A stretch of DNA of 63,676 bases, the filler included, from Guillardia theta CCMP2712 (lineage: Eukaryota > Protista > Cryptophyta): assembly GCF_000315625.1 (NCBI RefSeq). It is 5 parts of 5 records of this genome, joined end to end, with 100 filler letters (N's around TTAATTAATTAA, not from the genome) between each part and the next. Parts side by side here need not be neighbours in the genome. Positions count along the whole stretch, not along the records: positions 1 to 19,751 come from NW_005434559.1; positions 19,852 to 50,013 come from NW_005434577.1; 3 more parts are not named here. One strand, written 5' to 3'. Shown piece by piece: positions 10,709 to 23,633 of the stretch. Position numbers and translations under genes: made by a program. The first letter of the stretch is position 1, and the number at the start of each line of letters is the position of its first letter. The notes under the pieces are model-generated. The model was not told the origin of the DNA. It saw nothing but the letters and a program-made list of their open reading frames with translations, and made no database searches.

Positions 10709-13676
10709 TTAGTCCTCCCTCCCTCCTTCCTCCCATGTCCGCACGTTTCCCTCTCCCTCCTCCTACTCCCCCGACGACTCAGCAGATGAAACAGGAGAAG
10801 AGAGTTTCTTCAGCTTCGTAAGCTTTCGTTGCTTCAGCTCCGGATACACCTCCCCCTGTTGCAATTCATCAGTCCCTTAACTCTCCCCATCCTCCTCCTC
10901 CCTCCGCTTCCTGCTCCTCCCTTCCTCTCCCCCCTTTCCCTCGTTCTCCCATGCTGCTGCTTCACCTGCGTTTCTGTCTTCAGCACCCGCGCAACGATAA
11001 CAGTGACGTCGTCAAGCTTTCCTCCCGTATACCGCAACCCCTGCCAACAGTCACCATCTCCTCCTCCTCCTCCTCCTCCTCCCGCTCCTCACCTGCTTGA
11101 GGGCGTTCAGAGCGAAGGGGCTGTCGTACTTGACGTCTCTCCCGTGCAGGTGGCTGATTTTGGAGATTGTCCTCGCCATGCTCTCCGTCGACCCCCTGAG
11201 GACAGTGAGAGGGGCAAGAGAGGGAAAGAGGGAGGGGAAAGGAGCAGAGAGACTCTAGCAACAGGAAGATGGGCCAGCGAGGTAGAGAAGAAGAGGAAGG
11301 AAGGAGGAGGAGAGGAAGGAGGAGGAGAGGAAGGAGGAGGAGAGGAAGGAGGAGGAGAGGAAGGAGGAGGAGAGGGAGGGAGGGAAGAGAAGGAGGGAGG
11401 ACTTACCCATTGTTTGTTTCCTCTTCAATCGCCTGAATGAGCTCATCGTCGAAGACATTATCCCACACCCCATCCGTCGCAAGAACCTACACAAGCAAGT
11501 TAGAGGAGGCTAACAAAAAAGGAAATGGAGGAGGAGGACGGAGGAGGGGGAGAAGGAGAAGGGGGAGGGGGAGGATGAGGTACCAGGAGATCATCGTTGC
11601 GGAGATTCTCTAGGATGTAGTAGTCTCCGTCCCCAGGAGTATCGTCGCTGCCCATGCCCAACTGAGGAGAAAGTCAGCGGGTCGAGAGCGACAAGAGAAT
11701 AGGGGGGAGAGGAGGAAGTAACAGCAGCGAGAGGAGAAGAAAGATGCTGAAAGAAGCAGGAGGTGAAGACTGCGGGGAGAGTGAGAAGGGCAAGGAGGCA
11801 CCTGATACGGGCAGTTGAAGTAATGCTGCTGCTCAGGAGTCTCGAAAACTGCAACAGAACAGTCAGAAGAGGAGGACGTGCTGCTGAAGGAATGCAAGGT
11901 AGAGAGAGAGTGTGTATGAGGTAGCGAGGTTGAGAGGGAGGGAGAGAGATGTTCGTTTCTGTCACCTGAAGCCCCTTGGCGGATGATATGAAGGCCGGAA
12001 TCTCCAACATTCAACACATGTAGCTAAGAGACAAGAGTCAACTCACCTCCTCCTCCTTCATCTCTTCCTACCTTCCCATCCCGTGTGAGGAGTGCAAGGC
12101 AAGCAGTACAAGACCCCGCGAGGTTCTCCTGCTCCACGTCAGCTGGGGTCGCGCGTCTCCTCATGCTTCACCTCCTCTAGTGCGACATGAGCTTTGTGAA
12201 GGAGCTCGTACAGAGGTCGTTCCTGTCCCATCAGCATCAGCCTCCTCCTCTTCCATCAGCCTCCCCTTCTCTCTCCCGCGCTCCCCTCCCCCCTCTTCTC
12301 TTCTCACCGACTTCTCGACAATCGAAGGATCTGCTCGGAGATTCGCCTCCAGCAGATTTCCGAGCTTTCGCGCGTATTCCGCAGGGTCGATACCTGCCGC
12401 TTCTCAGCTCCTCCTCCTCTGCCTCCAGGGCTGCTGCCTCTTACCAACTTCTGCCCATCCCCCAACTCCATCACAGACCCCAAGGAGGGTGACGCCCTGA
12501 AATCAGAAATCAGAAATGAGAAGAGGGGAGGAGGAGGAGGAGGAGGAGGAGGGATGGAAGAGCAAGAGGAAGAAGGAGGAAGAGCATGGCGAGAGAGCAT
12601 GGGGAGGCAGGAGGGGAAGAGAGAGGGGTGGAAGAAACCTTAATCCGATGCACGAAGTGCACATCTTCTCCCCCCCTATGAACCTACAAACAATCATGTC
12701 ACAACGCGACCGCGTCCATGAGGAGCGAGAAACTCAGGTGGGAGGGAGAGAGGAGAGAGCAAGAGGAGGAAGCAGAGGGCACAAGGAAGAGGAAAGGAGG
12801 GGAAAGAGCCTGTCACCTTCAGGGGATGGGGGATGCAACTCCATCCACAGTCCAACCCCAGCTGGACATGCAAGTCAGCGAGCTTGTCAAACGTCAACAT
12901 GTCAGTCTTGACAACCTTGGGGGCTGACAGCTGGGAAGAGCCAGTCTTTGTGCTCTTGGAGCCCAGCAGCTTCTTCTCGGTCTTCTTGACCTTCAGGTCC
13001 TCCAGGAGGGCCTCCGCGTCGCTCCCTCCCTGCAGTTTCTTGACTATTCGTCAGCTATCCCCATCAAAAATTCCTCCTCTCACAACTTTATATTCCCTCC
13101 TGCTCCTCTCTCACATATGCACATGCACATTCTCTAGTCCAACTCTCACCCACATCCTCCTCCTCCTCCTCCTCCTCCTCCTCCTACCTGTACATCTTCA
13201 CCGACAAAGTCTCCGAGAATAACATTGACAGCGTGCTCTGATCCCAGCTTCTCCTTGTGATGCACAATCACATCCTCTGCCTTCTTCCCTGTCGACGGGT
13301 AGGAAGCAGAAGGATGCAGCTGCGGACCAAAGGCCGAGTAGGGAGGAGACGCGGAGGGCACTGAGAGTGGTACAACGCCCCCACCATGGTCGTGGAACGC
13401 AGGCTTGCACGCTCGTGAGATAGGAGACGACGATAGGAGGAGCATCGAAGTGCAGAGCAGCACCATCCTGCTTGTTCTGACCCTGCATGAAGTCGACGAT
13501 GCCATGACTCTCCCCCCTCGCTCCTGCGCTTGCCCCTCGCTCCTATCCCGCTCCTCCACTTCCTGTCCCCTACTGCACGTTCCCGAGTCCATGACAGATA
13601 GGTCGATCGTGGGACGAACTGACAACCTCCTGTCTCCCCTCCTTCCTCGACTCGTCGCCTTTGAAATCTGTTCCAT
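10709..13676 (-). CDS. PTC7: PP2C-family phosphatase, PTC7-like, multi-exon
   Basis: Motifs in successive exons: IPHPLK, GGEDVHF, GVCDGVGGWAEV, DPAEYARKL, LNVGDSG, EQQHYFNCPYQ, ATDGVWDNVFD, GGKLDDVTVIVARV. The last exon, 10855-10709, ends in TAA. Start is at 13676 or 13505. Confidence 0.88.
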
Positions 13677-14469
13677 AATCTCCTGAGACCTCGATCTCTC
13701 ACTTGCTCCAAAACATATAAGATCCCGAGCTGGAACAAACTGCCGACAAGACGTTAGACAAGCCAAGTGGAACATCAAACTGAAAGATGGCCAGCACAGA
13801 ACATACATCTTGAAAGATATAGTGTGTGATCGAAATTATAAACATTGAACAGCTCGAAACCTAATAGCGCTAACAAGACTATCTGCTTCAAGCAGATCTA
13901 AGGCTCAAAACAAACTGTAACGACCACTGCCAGTCACGTGCGAAGCTAAATTTCAACGGCTGCTCTGCTGTTTCTGTCCCCCCCCCTCACATAGGTGTAG
14001 AAACTCTTTAGAAATCTCGACCTGATATACTCCATGCATGCCGGGCTAACACCTAATAGAGGTACTCCCTTTCACGTCCCCTCAATCTTTTCCTTTCTCA
14101 ACTGCATGCTACATCGTTCGGCCCTTCATGAGAATCGCATGCATTAAAGGCTCCCTAGATTCCCGCTGCTGTTATGTGAGAAATCCTGCCAACTTTCTCT
14201 TCAATCTTCTTACTTGATGCCCTGCTTCGTTGATCCCTGACAGAAATCCTGTCTCAAAAAATGTCCTTCCATGATGTAGTGATCAAGGAATGGTGAAACT
14301 ATCCATAGCAAACAACACTTGGCAATTTTCATATGCTCTTCTATGCTGATACGCACGCATTTATCCTCCTCTGCCCCAACCTTCTCCTCCTCCTCCTCCC
14401 TCCCTTGCTGTCATTTCGCTCGGCATGCTTGTGCCTCCCGCACACACAAGCCCGTACCCTGACCTTCCC

Positions 14470-16146
14470 ACCCCAACCTCCAACCACCCCCTACCCTGTC
14501 ACTCACCCACCCCACTCGTGCACCAGGACATATGATGTTCCAAGCACCGGTATTTGTAACCCCACCCTAATCAAACTCAGGATTGAGGTACCACCCCCAC
14601 CATCTAATTCTGTCCGCTCGTCCACCAGCCTTCACAATCAAGAATTTGAGGAAAGTATAATGAAATATCCTAGTTATAAATTGTAATTTAGTAGATGATG
14701 TTTGATGAAACACAGAGATGTTTTCAGATGTTTCATCTCGACCCACGGACACGAATACACACTTCACCCTTACCCATGTTTGTCATTCACCACCCCTGCT
14801 TTGATGACCCCACCCCTCGACCAGAAACAAATGCAGAAGAAACCACCCTCAAAGATGATATCACCCCACCTATATTGATCCACCCCCTACCCCCTCCTCA
14901 TTGAAGTACTGGCATAATAGCGTGCCAGATGACTGCCCCCTCCCCCGATAACCCCCACCCCCCCACCCCCAATGACATTACACTACCCCACAAAGTTGGA
15001 CGACTCCTTGCTCATATTGAAATTCTTCACCCCTACCCATGTTTGTTTGTACCCTACCCCATCTTTTTTAAAGTAATTTTGAGGTACAACTATGATACCC
15101 TTCCTTTTTCCCAAGAGTACCCCCACCCAATATACTTGTAATTATCATTCCCAGAATGTCTAAATGCCAACCCCCATGTGCCTGTAACCCACCCCCAACT
15201 CAAAGATATATTTCATGACCACCCACCCTTTTCGTGGAAGACCCCATGAGCAGTACCCCCCACGACAAAGGAGATTGTTGATCGGCCTCGTTCAGCTTGT
15301 TACCCCAAATCAAACCATATCCCTGACCCCTACCCCACATATTTTCTAAGTACCCATCTATCAATACACAAATACACGGGTACAATGACAAATAATTACC
15401 ACCCCTACCCTCCTCATATGCCGACATCTTCCACGTTGAACACAACTGCCCGAATCTTCTCCATGACCCCCTTGCCCCCATCTCACCCACCCACCCCATC
15501 TGATGGCAATTTGAAAACTATCAAGTACCGGTAGATGCATAACCCACCCCCTTTCCATTGTTGAAAAGTATTACGCTTGTCCAACAAAGACTTTTACTAC
15601 ATGAACTACCCACCCTCTGCCCCTCTTGTACCCAACCCGGCCCCCTTTGTTTCTAGTACCCTACCCCCGTGTACCTCCCGTCCCTGATCCCGAGTTTTTT
15701 CGCAATGGGAACAAGTACCCTTACCCCACAAGAATGTCATAGGACCCCACGTATCCCATGTCGACCCCATCATGGATAGATATTTTCAATAGAAGACGTG
15801 GGTACTTGGTATAAAATGGTACCCCCCTACCCTAATTTTTCTGGGTATCACCCCTGCAGTGAAAAAGTGTCCCATACTTGATCGAGGACCCTTTCTAACA
15901 TGATCTGTACACCCCTACCCCCCTCTCCCCCAAAGATTCTCTAAGATTCCCCGTACCCCCACCCTTACATACTCATACCACCCTCTAGATTACTGATCAG
16001 TACCCACCCCCGTTGTTCAGGTGGAAGTAACGTGACTCTCCATCATCTTTTCACCACCCCCTTTACAGCTCGGTCATTGTGGGTCCCTTTTCTCAGTACC
16101 CGGGCCCGCCCCATCGGGCCCGGTCCCGACCCGGCCGGCTAACCCG
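14470..16146. repeat. Non-coding strand-skewed (T)ACCC-rich tract ending in a GC hairpin
   Basis: Dense ACCC/CTACCC/CACCCC words on the + strand. Perfect 9-bp stem CCGGGCCCG-ccccat-CGGGCCCGG at 16100-16123. 16115-16136 is the exact reverse complement of 23733-23754. Confidence 0.6.
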
Positions 16147-16636
16147 GTTCTCAGTTCAGTGATGCGGTGACCGATAGGTCTTAGTTCAGTGAGGTTTAGT
16201 TTGATTTGTGCGCTGGCCAAAGAAGCGAATGGAAGCGCCTAGCTGAAAGCAAGAGGAGTACAAGCGACGTGAAGGAGCGACGTGAAGGAGGAGGAGGAGC
16301 AGCAGGAGGAGGAGGAGCAGGATCAGGATCAGGAGAAAGACTAGCAGGAGGATCGGGGAGAGGAGCATAACTAGCAGAAGGGGCAGGACAAGGACCAGGA
16401 CAAGGAGGAGCAGAGGAACCGGGGTGAGGGCAGCAGGAACAGCAGAACAGTTGTAGACGCTACAATGCAGTAAATAGCCTGGAAAATAATGAAGATTGAA
16501 TGTGTGTAACAAAGAGGATATCGAGAATGATATCAAAATTATTGTTATGTTGTGCTTGAAAACGCGGCAAACAATCTACCTTCAGGCAGCGCAGAGGGCA
16601 AAGAGCAAAGGGAGCCATGTGACAGTTAACTGTCAG

Positions 16637-18817
16637 ATGCCTTTCGGAGCACAGGGGCCTCCAGGACAGGGAGCAGCTGACAGTCCTCAGGTACGTTGCT
16701 TGCGATGAAGAAGATGATGAGGAGAGGGAATGGAGATGAGTGGGAATAATGCGAGATTGGTGATTGCGATGAAGGAGGATAACGAGGGAGAGCAAGAGGG
16801 GACGATGGAGGGGAAGGACAGTGCTGTGACTGCCGTTGACAGGCATGGTATATGAGCTTGCCGCTCATCACAAGGTCTGTTGCTTTTGTTTCTTGCCCCT
16901 CCTCCTGACCAATCCTGACTCCTCCTGTCTCCTCTTATTTCCCCTTCCTCTTCTCGCATCCTCCTCTCCCTCTCTCTTTCCCTTCTTGCCTTCTCCTCAT
17001 GCCTGACGAATCGGGAAGGTGCTGGTTCACAGCATGCGTTAGCACCACCATCCTCTCCGCTGTCGGAATGGTCGGAATGCGCCGCACGAGGAGCTCCTCG
17101 CTCACTGACCTCTCCTGCAGATCAGTCCGATGACACTGTACCTTGACTGGTCTGCGATCTTGTTCAAGTTCCAGGTGAGGAGGAGAGCAGACTGCGAGCA
17201 GCTGCTGACATGTCAAGGAGATCTGGCGGGTGGTCACGAACTTCTGCTTCCTTGGAAAGTTCGGCTGGCCTTTCATCATGAATCTCATCTTCATGTTCGC
17301 GGCTCGGGCCCCGACTGGCTGCCAGCTGACTCGCTCGCTGCAGGGTCCAGTACTCCAAGACGCTCGAGAAAGATTTCAACGGCAGCGCCTCCGACTTTCT
17401 GTACGCCCTGACGTCTGCTGGGGGTCTACGGGGCTGACGTGCGGGTAGTTGGTGCCTGATAATGGGAGGGGCGTTGCTGTGCGGGATCAACCACGTGACA
17501 GGTGAGGAGGTTAGATGGAGGAGATGGAGAAGTGACGGTGTTGAGGGGCGCAGGAATGATGCTTCCTTTCCTTACGATCCCTCTCATCTTCATGACCATC
17601 TGGATCTGGTGAGACGATCACTTGTAACTCGTTGATGTTGCTCCTTGCTTCGTGACCTCTGCCGGTGGTTGTTTGCTTCATCGCTGTTGTCAGCAACCTC
17701 TGCACGCTCTCCTGTGTTGACGGACCATGTCAAGTCTTCGCACCTTCTACACCTCATTCAGCAAGATTTGAGACATCATGACATCATAACTTTCTCTTTA
17801 CATCAACAAACACTTTTCAACATGTCCACCCATACCTTCTCTCCTCATCCTCCGTTTCCCCTCTCCCCTTCCCTCCGCTCCGCCTCTCTCCTCCCCTCTC
17901 TCATCTCTCCTCCTCTTCCTTCTCTTCCTCTCCTCGCCTCTCTTCTTCTCTCCCTGACATTTTCTGCAGGAGCCGAAAGCATCCTAACGTTCAGATGAGC
18001 GTCTTTGGCCTGTTCAACATCACCTCAGCTCACTTTCCCATCTTCCTCCTCGTCCTCACTATGCTCATGGGAGGCTCGCCAGTCCAGAATATCATGGGAT
18101 ACTTTGTCGGGTAGCCCCTTCCTCCTCCTCCTCCTCCTCCTCCTCCTCCTCCACCACCACCACCACCACCACCTCCTCCTCCTTTTCAACCACTATCACC
18201 TGCTGCTGCTCCTTCTCCTCTCTCCTACCTCTGCTCCAGCGCGTTATTCTGATGCCCTTGCATCAGGCATGTCTACTGGTTCCTCAAGGAGGTCCATCCT
18301 ACCACTAAGGATCATCGTTTCTTCTCTGTGCGTGCCTTGTGTCCCGTTGCTCCCTCCTCCCTCCTCCCTCCTCCCTTCCTCCCCACCCTCTCCTCCATCT
18401 TGCTCCTTTCCCCTCCTTTGTCGTTCCCCTTCCTCCCTCCTAGCTCCTGCCTTCTCCTCCCCCTTCCTCCCTCCTACTTCCTGCCTCCTGATCTCGCCCA
18501 CCCTCACCCTCCCTGCTTGCTTCCTTTCTGTCCCCTAGAATCAGGTTTCCAGTTTCTTCCATATCCCTCGGGCCTGCTGCTGATGCTGCTGCTCACACTC
18601 CGTACAGGCTCCCTCGTTCCTCAAGCGGCTGGTGGAGGATCAGCCGCTGGAACACACGCCCGGGTACGGAGGAGCAGTGAGGAGAGGAGGAGCGCCGCCA
18701 TGGGGAGGACGAGGAGCAGCGGGGCAGCAGCAGCAGCAGCAGCAGCAGGAGCCACCTGCCCGTGCCGGAGGCTTTTCAGCCTTTCGAGGACAAGGACACA
18801 GACTAGGAGGAGATTGA
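16637..18817 (+). CDS. DER1: Derlin (Der1-like ERAD rhomboid pseudoprotease), host type, multi-exon
   Basis: EIWRVVTNFCFLGKFGWPFIMNLIFM-VQYSKTLEKDFNGSASDFL; NIMGYFVG-HVYWFLKEVHP; C-terminal SHP box FRGQGHRLG before TGA at 18817; no leader peptide seen. Confidence 0.92.
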
Positions 18818-19795
18818 GGAGGAGGACGAGGACGAGGACGAGGACGAGGAGGACGAGGACGAGGACGAGGAAGGGGGTGTTGATGTTGGTGTAGCTGTGG
18901 TTGTAGTGTGAGAGGATACAGGATTGAGAACGGGGAGGGGGACCGATCAAGTTCAGTCCACTTGCTGTACATTTAGAGAATGGATGGCGAAATTTGTCAC
19001 TTCACTCCCCTCCCCTCCCTCCCTCCCTTCCTTCTCTCCCTCCGTCCTTGGTTTCCTCCTTCCCCTCTCTCCCCTCCTCCTTGGCCCCTCTCGTTTCTCC
19101 GTCCTCATCTTCTCCCTGCTCCTGCTAGTCTGCCCCGTCCTTGTCTTCATCCCAAGACTTCTCGTCAAAGCCCAACCGAGTGGCTGCAGTTTGCTGCAGA
19201 TCCTTCTCAGTGCCATCACCGCAAACTACACCCTCCTACTCCTCCTGCTCCTCCTGCCTCTCCTGCTGCTGCTCCTGCTGCTCCTGCCTCTCCTGCTGCT
19301 GCTCCTGCTCCTGCTCCTGCTCCTCTCCCCGACCTCTTCGCCCTCGTCCTCCTTATTTCTCGTCCTCGTCTCCCGCCCTCCTCCCATTCAAGTGCTCGTC
19401 CTCATTCTCCTCTTCCTCTTCCTCTTCCTCGTCGTCCTCGTCCTTGTTCTCGCCGTCTCATCACATTTCTTCCTCTTTTTCCTTCTCCCTATCCCCTTCT
19501 GCTCCTCCTCTTGTCTCACCTCAAGTGGTGATAGTTGACACCAGCGTCTCCGAGCGCTGAAGAGAATTTCACGCAACGAGGAAGGAGGGAACAAGGGAAG
19601 GAGGTAAAGGAGGAGTGATAAATGTAGGAGTAACCAACGGAGGAGGAGGAGGAGGAGGAGGAGGAGGAGGAGGAGGAGGTAGGAGGAGGAGGCGGAGGAG
19701 GAGGAGGAGGAGGAGGAGGAGGAGGTGGTGGTGGTGGTGGTGGTAGTAGGANNNNNNNNNNNNNNNNNNNNNNNNNNNNNNNNNNNNNNNNNNNN

Positions 19796-19807
19796 TTAAT
19801 TAATTAA
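19796..19807. other. Artificial contig-join linker TTAATTAATTAA within Ns
   Basis: All-frame-stop 12-mer flanked by equal-sized N blocks; occurs four times in the window. Confidence 0.93.
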
Positions 19808-19883
19808 NNNNNNNNNNNNNNNNNNNNNNNNNNNNNNNNNNNNNNNNNNNNATGCAGAAGAAGAAGAAGAAGAAGATGATGAT

Positions 19884-19918
<35 letters not shown>

Positions 19919-20402
19919 TGATTTCTACGACGGCAGATATTATCTGACATTTGTACCAGACAAGGAATTTTGAAGTGGTCGGGTTGTTTGGAAGTCGACA
20001 AGATCTGAAGCTTGAGGACTTGTTCTCCCTCGCTGGTGGAGATGGGATGAACGGAGATTGTGCAGATCAGAAGAGAAGGTCCATGTCCTTGTTGCTTCTT
20101 GTGTATGTCTGACATGATGTGAAGAAACTACGAGCAACCTGTGATTGTTCTCTGCAAACCGCCGGGCTGTCCGCCCTCCAAGATGGGTAGCTCAACCGTA
20201 TGAAGGAAAAGCCGGACAAGACAAGGAGGAGAAGAACAGAACCAGCTACAGCTACAGCTCCAGCTCCAGCTCCAGCTCCAGCTCCAGCAGCACGAGGGAC
20301 AGAGAGGGGGGGACGTTTGTAGGACAAAAACCAGGACGAGGGCAGGAGAGAGAGTCCGTAGTAATTGTTTGATTGAAAGTGTATGTTTACAGCTGAAGGG
20401 GA

Positions 20403-22928
20403 CTATTTCTTGCCCTGACCCTTGCCCTTCTTCATCAGTTTCGCATTCTTGGTGTTGAGCTCCTTCTCCCAAACGTTGCTGAGATATCAAATCACGCTCA
20501 CAAATCTCAAACTATCGCTGCTCTCACCTTGAATGTTTGTACAAAAACAAAGTGGCCCTTGCATCTTCTAAAGATGAATGCTCGCCACTCTATGAAGATC
20601 GGGACATCAACCAACACAACTTGAATCGAAGTGAACTCACTTGAATCTCCATCCCCAAAACTTCTTCTGATAGTTTCTGCAACTTTCTTGCTTTCTTGTC
20701 GACAGTCTGCATTTTGCAAACATCAAGGGTGAAGGATTTCCCGTCGATCAGACCTGATATGCTCGGAACGTTGATGTGTCGCGAATGAGATGCTTTGGAT
20801 GCGACATCAGAAGGACCTGCATGAATGCTAGTTAAAAGTGATTTTGGTGGTGGTGGTGGTAGAGATGATATCGATGAATGACGATGATGACAAGGATGAT
20901 GATGATGTGCAAACAAAGCGTCGGCAGCTCCCTCAAGCTTCTTCTGCTTTTGCTTCACCTTGAGATCGTTGTGTATGGCATGTCCAACAAGAAGCTTGTC
21001 CTTGGTTATCTACTTCCGTTAGAAAGGAAGCACACCAAGACAGACGATGATTGAGGAGGAGAGAGGAGAGGAGGAGGAGAAGACGGGGAGGAGGAGAGAG
21101 GAGAGAGGAGAGAGGAGAGAGGAGAGAGGAGAGAGGAGAGAGGAGAGAGGAGAGAGGAGGAGGAAAGAAACTGAATGGAGAGGAGGACGAGGAGACAAGG
21201 GGGGAAAGAGGACGAGGAGAAAAAAAAAGAAGAAAACGATGGAGACCATGAAAATAAAGAATGGAGGGAAATAGCTCGTTTAGGATGAGGACGAATTCAA
21301 AAGGGAGTAAGAGCAGGAGGAAGAGGGAGGAGGAAGAGGGAGGAGGGAGGAGGGAGGAGGGAGGAGGGAGGAGGGAGGAGTGAATTCATACCTCTGACAC
21401 AAGTTTCTGAACGACAGCAAACTTGGGAGCATCTTTCAAGTCTTTTGGTCTTACACCAGAAAACTGAAAAAGGAAAAGGTAAGAAAAAGCAGCAGCAGCA
21501 GCAGCGAGGGGCAGGACAAATAACAATCAGTTTGTCAAATTGACATCTATGATTGTATCTCACCATAGTACGATAGTCAGTCACTTTCTCCTGGGGCGCA
21601 ACAAAAGTGTCTAGCACAGCATCCCCATTTCCGTCAACTGCGTCATTGTCACCGTCATTTCTATCATCATCTCTATCGAAGCTCCATCGTCGTCGTCGTC
21701 GTCATCATCATCATCATCTCCATCTCCATCATCATCACCATCGCCATCGTCATCACCATCATCATCATCGCCACCACCAACACCAACACCAACACCAACA
21801 CCAACACCATCATCATCATCATCGTCCCTGTCATTGTTCTATTCTCCTCTCTTTTCGACACTCACCGATAGAGACGCGAGCAAGAGCAGATCGCTTCCCC
21901 TTGTCCCCAACTCCAACCATCTCACCTTCAAATCTCAATCACACACGTTCCTTCCCCACCTCCTCCCTCCTTCTTCAAACGTGTCCCCTCCTCCTCCTCC
22001 TCCTCCTCCTCCTCCTCCTCTCAACTTCTAGCAATCACTCACAATCGATTGCCAAAGGTGCAACAAATCTCGACAAGTCTCCCGATGGAAAGATTCTTCC
22101 TGGTTCAGTCCCAGCAACCTTTCCTCTTGGCAAGTAAGAGTTGCTGGTTCCAGTCTCCTCCTCATCCTCATCGTCCTCATCCTCATCTCCCTTCGCCTTC
22201 CTCTTCTTCTTCTGCTTCTTCTGTTGCTTCTTTATGTCCTTCATGTTCTTCTTCCTGATCGATCCAACACCGCAAGTCAGACCTTCCTCCTCCTCCTCCT
22301 CCTCCTCCTCCTCCTCCTCCTCCTCCTCCTCCTCCTCCTCCTCCTCCTCCTCCAAAATTCTTACAGTGCAAGCCAGTTCGAGCTCACAATCTGCTTCATC
22401 TTGTCTTTCTTGCTGTTGCCATCTGAATGACAAGAGGAGCTCACTGAGACGGCAGGAGAGCTCTCTCGCTGTCTCTCCTCCTTCACGACCCCCTCCGAGC
22501 TCACGACTTGCCCCCCTGTTGCTCTGGAGTGCAGGAGGCTCTTGAGCACTGACAACTTGGTCTGCTTGTCGGCATGCTCAATCTTCGGCTTGGGGAGAGG
22601 AGGAGGAGGACGAGGAGGATGCTGTCGATCTCTTACGATACTTTCATCCCCCGTCCGAGCCTTCTTCTTCGCTGGGGCTGAGGAACTCCGGCCCTCGGGT
22701 CGCACTGCGCCCTGCTCCTTGTTCACCGCCTGCACGGAATGTACCATTCCATAAGTTGCTGACCCATCAGGGCGGTGCTGTCATACCTGGACCGGAGAGC
22801 TCTTCTTGCTGTTCCGCTTCCTCTTGTTGTTCTTTTGGCCTCCAGGCGACGTCTGCGGTCCGTTGTCTCTCCCACCAGGTTCCTCCGCACCCCCGATTGC
22901 TTTCTTTGCTTCCTTTGTTCGTTTGAGC

Positions 22929-22961
<33 letters not shown>

Positions 22962-23233
22962 TTTGATCCTCTTGCTGCTTCTCCTCCTGGTCCTGGTCCT
23001 GTCCCTGTCCCCCCTCCGCCTCCTCCTTTCCTTGCTGCCATCAATTTTCTCCTTCGGATTCGATCTCGCAGGTTAGGTTTTCTTTTCTTCTTCGCCCGCA
23101 CATCTTCACCATCCCCTGCCTTCTTCCCCACTCCCTCTGCTTGCTCCTTCTTGAACTTGTTGGTTTTATCAAATTTTACTCCTACTGCTCCTCCTCCTCC
23201 TCCTCCTCCTCCTCCTCCTCCCCCTTTCACCAT
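20403..23233 (-). CDS. REXO4: RNA exonuclease 4 (DEDDh 3'-5' exonuclease), multi-exon
   Basis: Basic low-complexity N-terminus. ExoI AIDCE-MVGVG...SALARV; LDTFVAPQEKVTDYRT; ExoII LLVGHAIHNDLK; ExoIII GEHSSLEDARA. Last exon NVWEKEL...GQGKK* stops at 20403. Confidence 0.88.
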
Positions 23234-23352
23234 TGAAAGCTTCACGTGCTGTCTGACGTAACGGTTTCAGCAGCGAGGAAAACGGTCACTAAACGACTTC
23301 CAACGGTCGTGAGGCTAGCCTCAGGCTCCTGATTCAACACTGTGGCTGCACG

Positions 23353-23619
23353 GTCCTCGTACTGATCAGAGTCTTTAACTTAACTTTGAGTAAAGAAGTT
23401 GAGCTCAGCCAGCGGCACCCCGGGAGACGGTCCGACTGAGTAGTGCGCGCTAGAACTCAGTGACTCAGGCCTCAGTAGTGTTCAAGATCAGTACAAGGAC
23501 AATCAGGTGAGTCGGAGGACAAAAATGTACGGTAGTCACTCAGGGTCAAGCCTGAGAGTCCTTCAGTGACCGTAGTCCTGATTGTCCTCGTACAGATTTT
23601 TAACTTAACTTGGAGTAAA
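23353..23619. repeat. Two direct copies (23353-23394, 23581-23619) and one inverted half-copy (23486-23507) of the 39-bp motif, with many CTCAG/CTGAG words
   Basis: Direct comparison with 4532-4570. The reverse complement of 23486-23507 (CCTGATTGTCCTTGTACTGATC) matches 23577-23598 with 3 mismatches. Confidence 0.8.
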
Positions 23620-23633
23620 AAGATCACTGATTA

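Noticed and set aside
14470-16090. Interstitial telomeric repeat
   Set aside because: There is no periodic CCCTAA or CCCTAAA unit, only a compositional ACCC bias.
18924-19750. Leu-rich, Pro-rich and Cys/Ser-rich ORFs after Derlin
   Set aside because: They are translations of (CTC)/(CTG)/(GAG) simple repeats with no recognisable domain.
19796-19807. TTAATTAATTAA palindromes as biological sites (also 50058, 56717, 59245)
   Set aside because: They are always embedded in fixed-size N blocks and encode stops in all frames, so they are assembly spacers.
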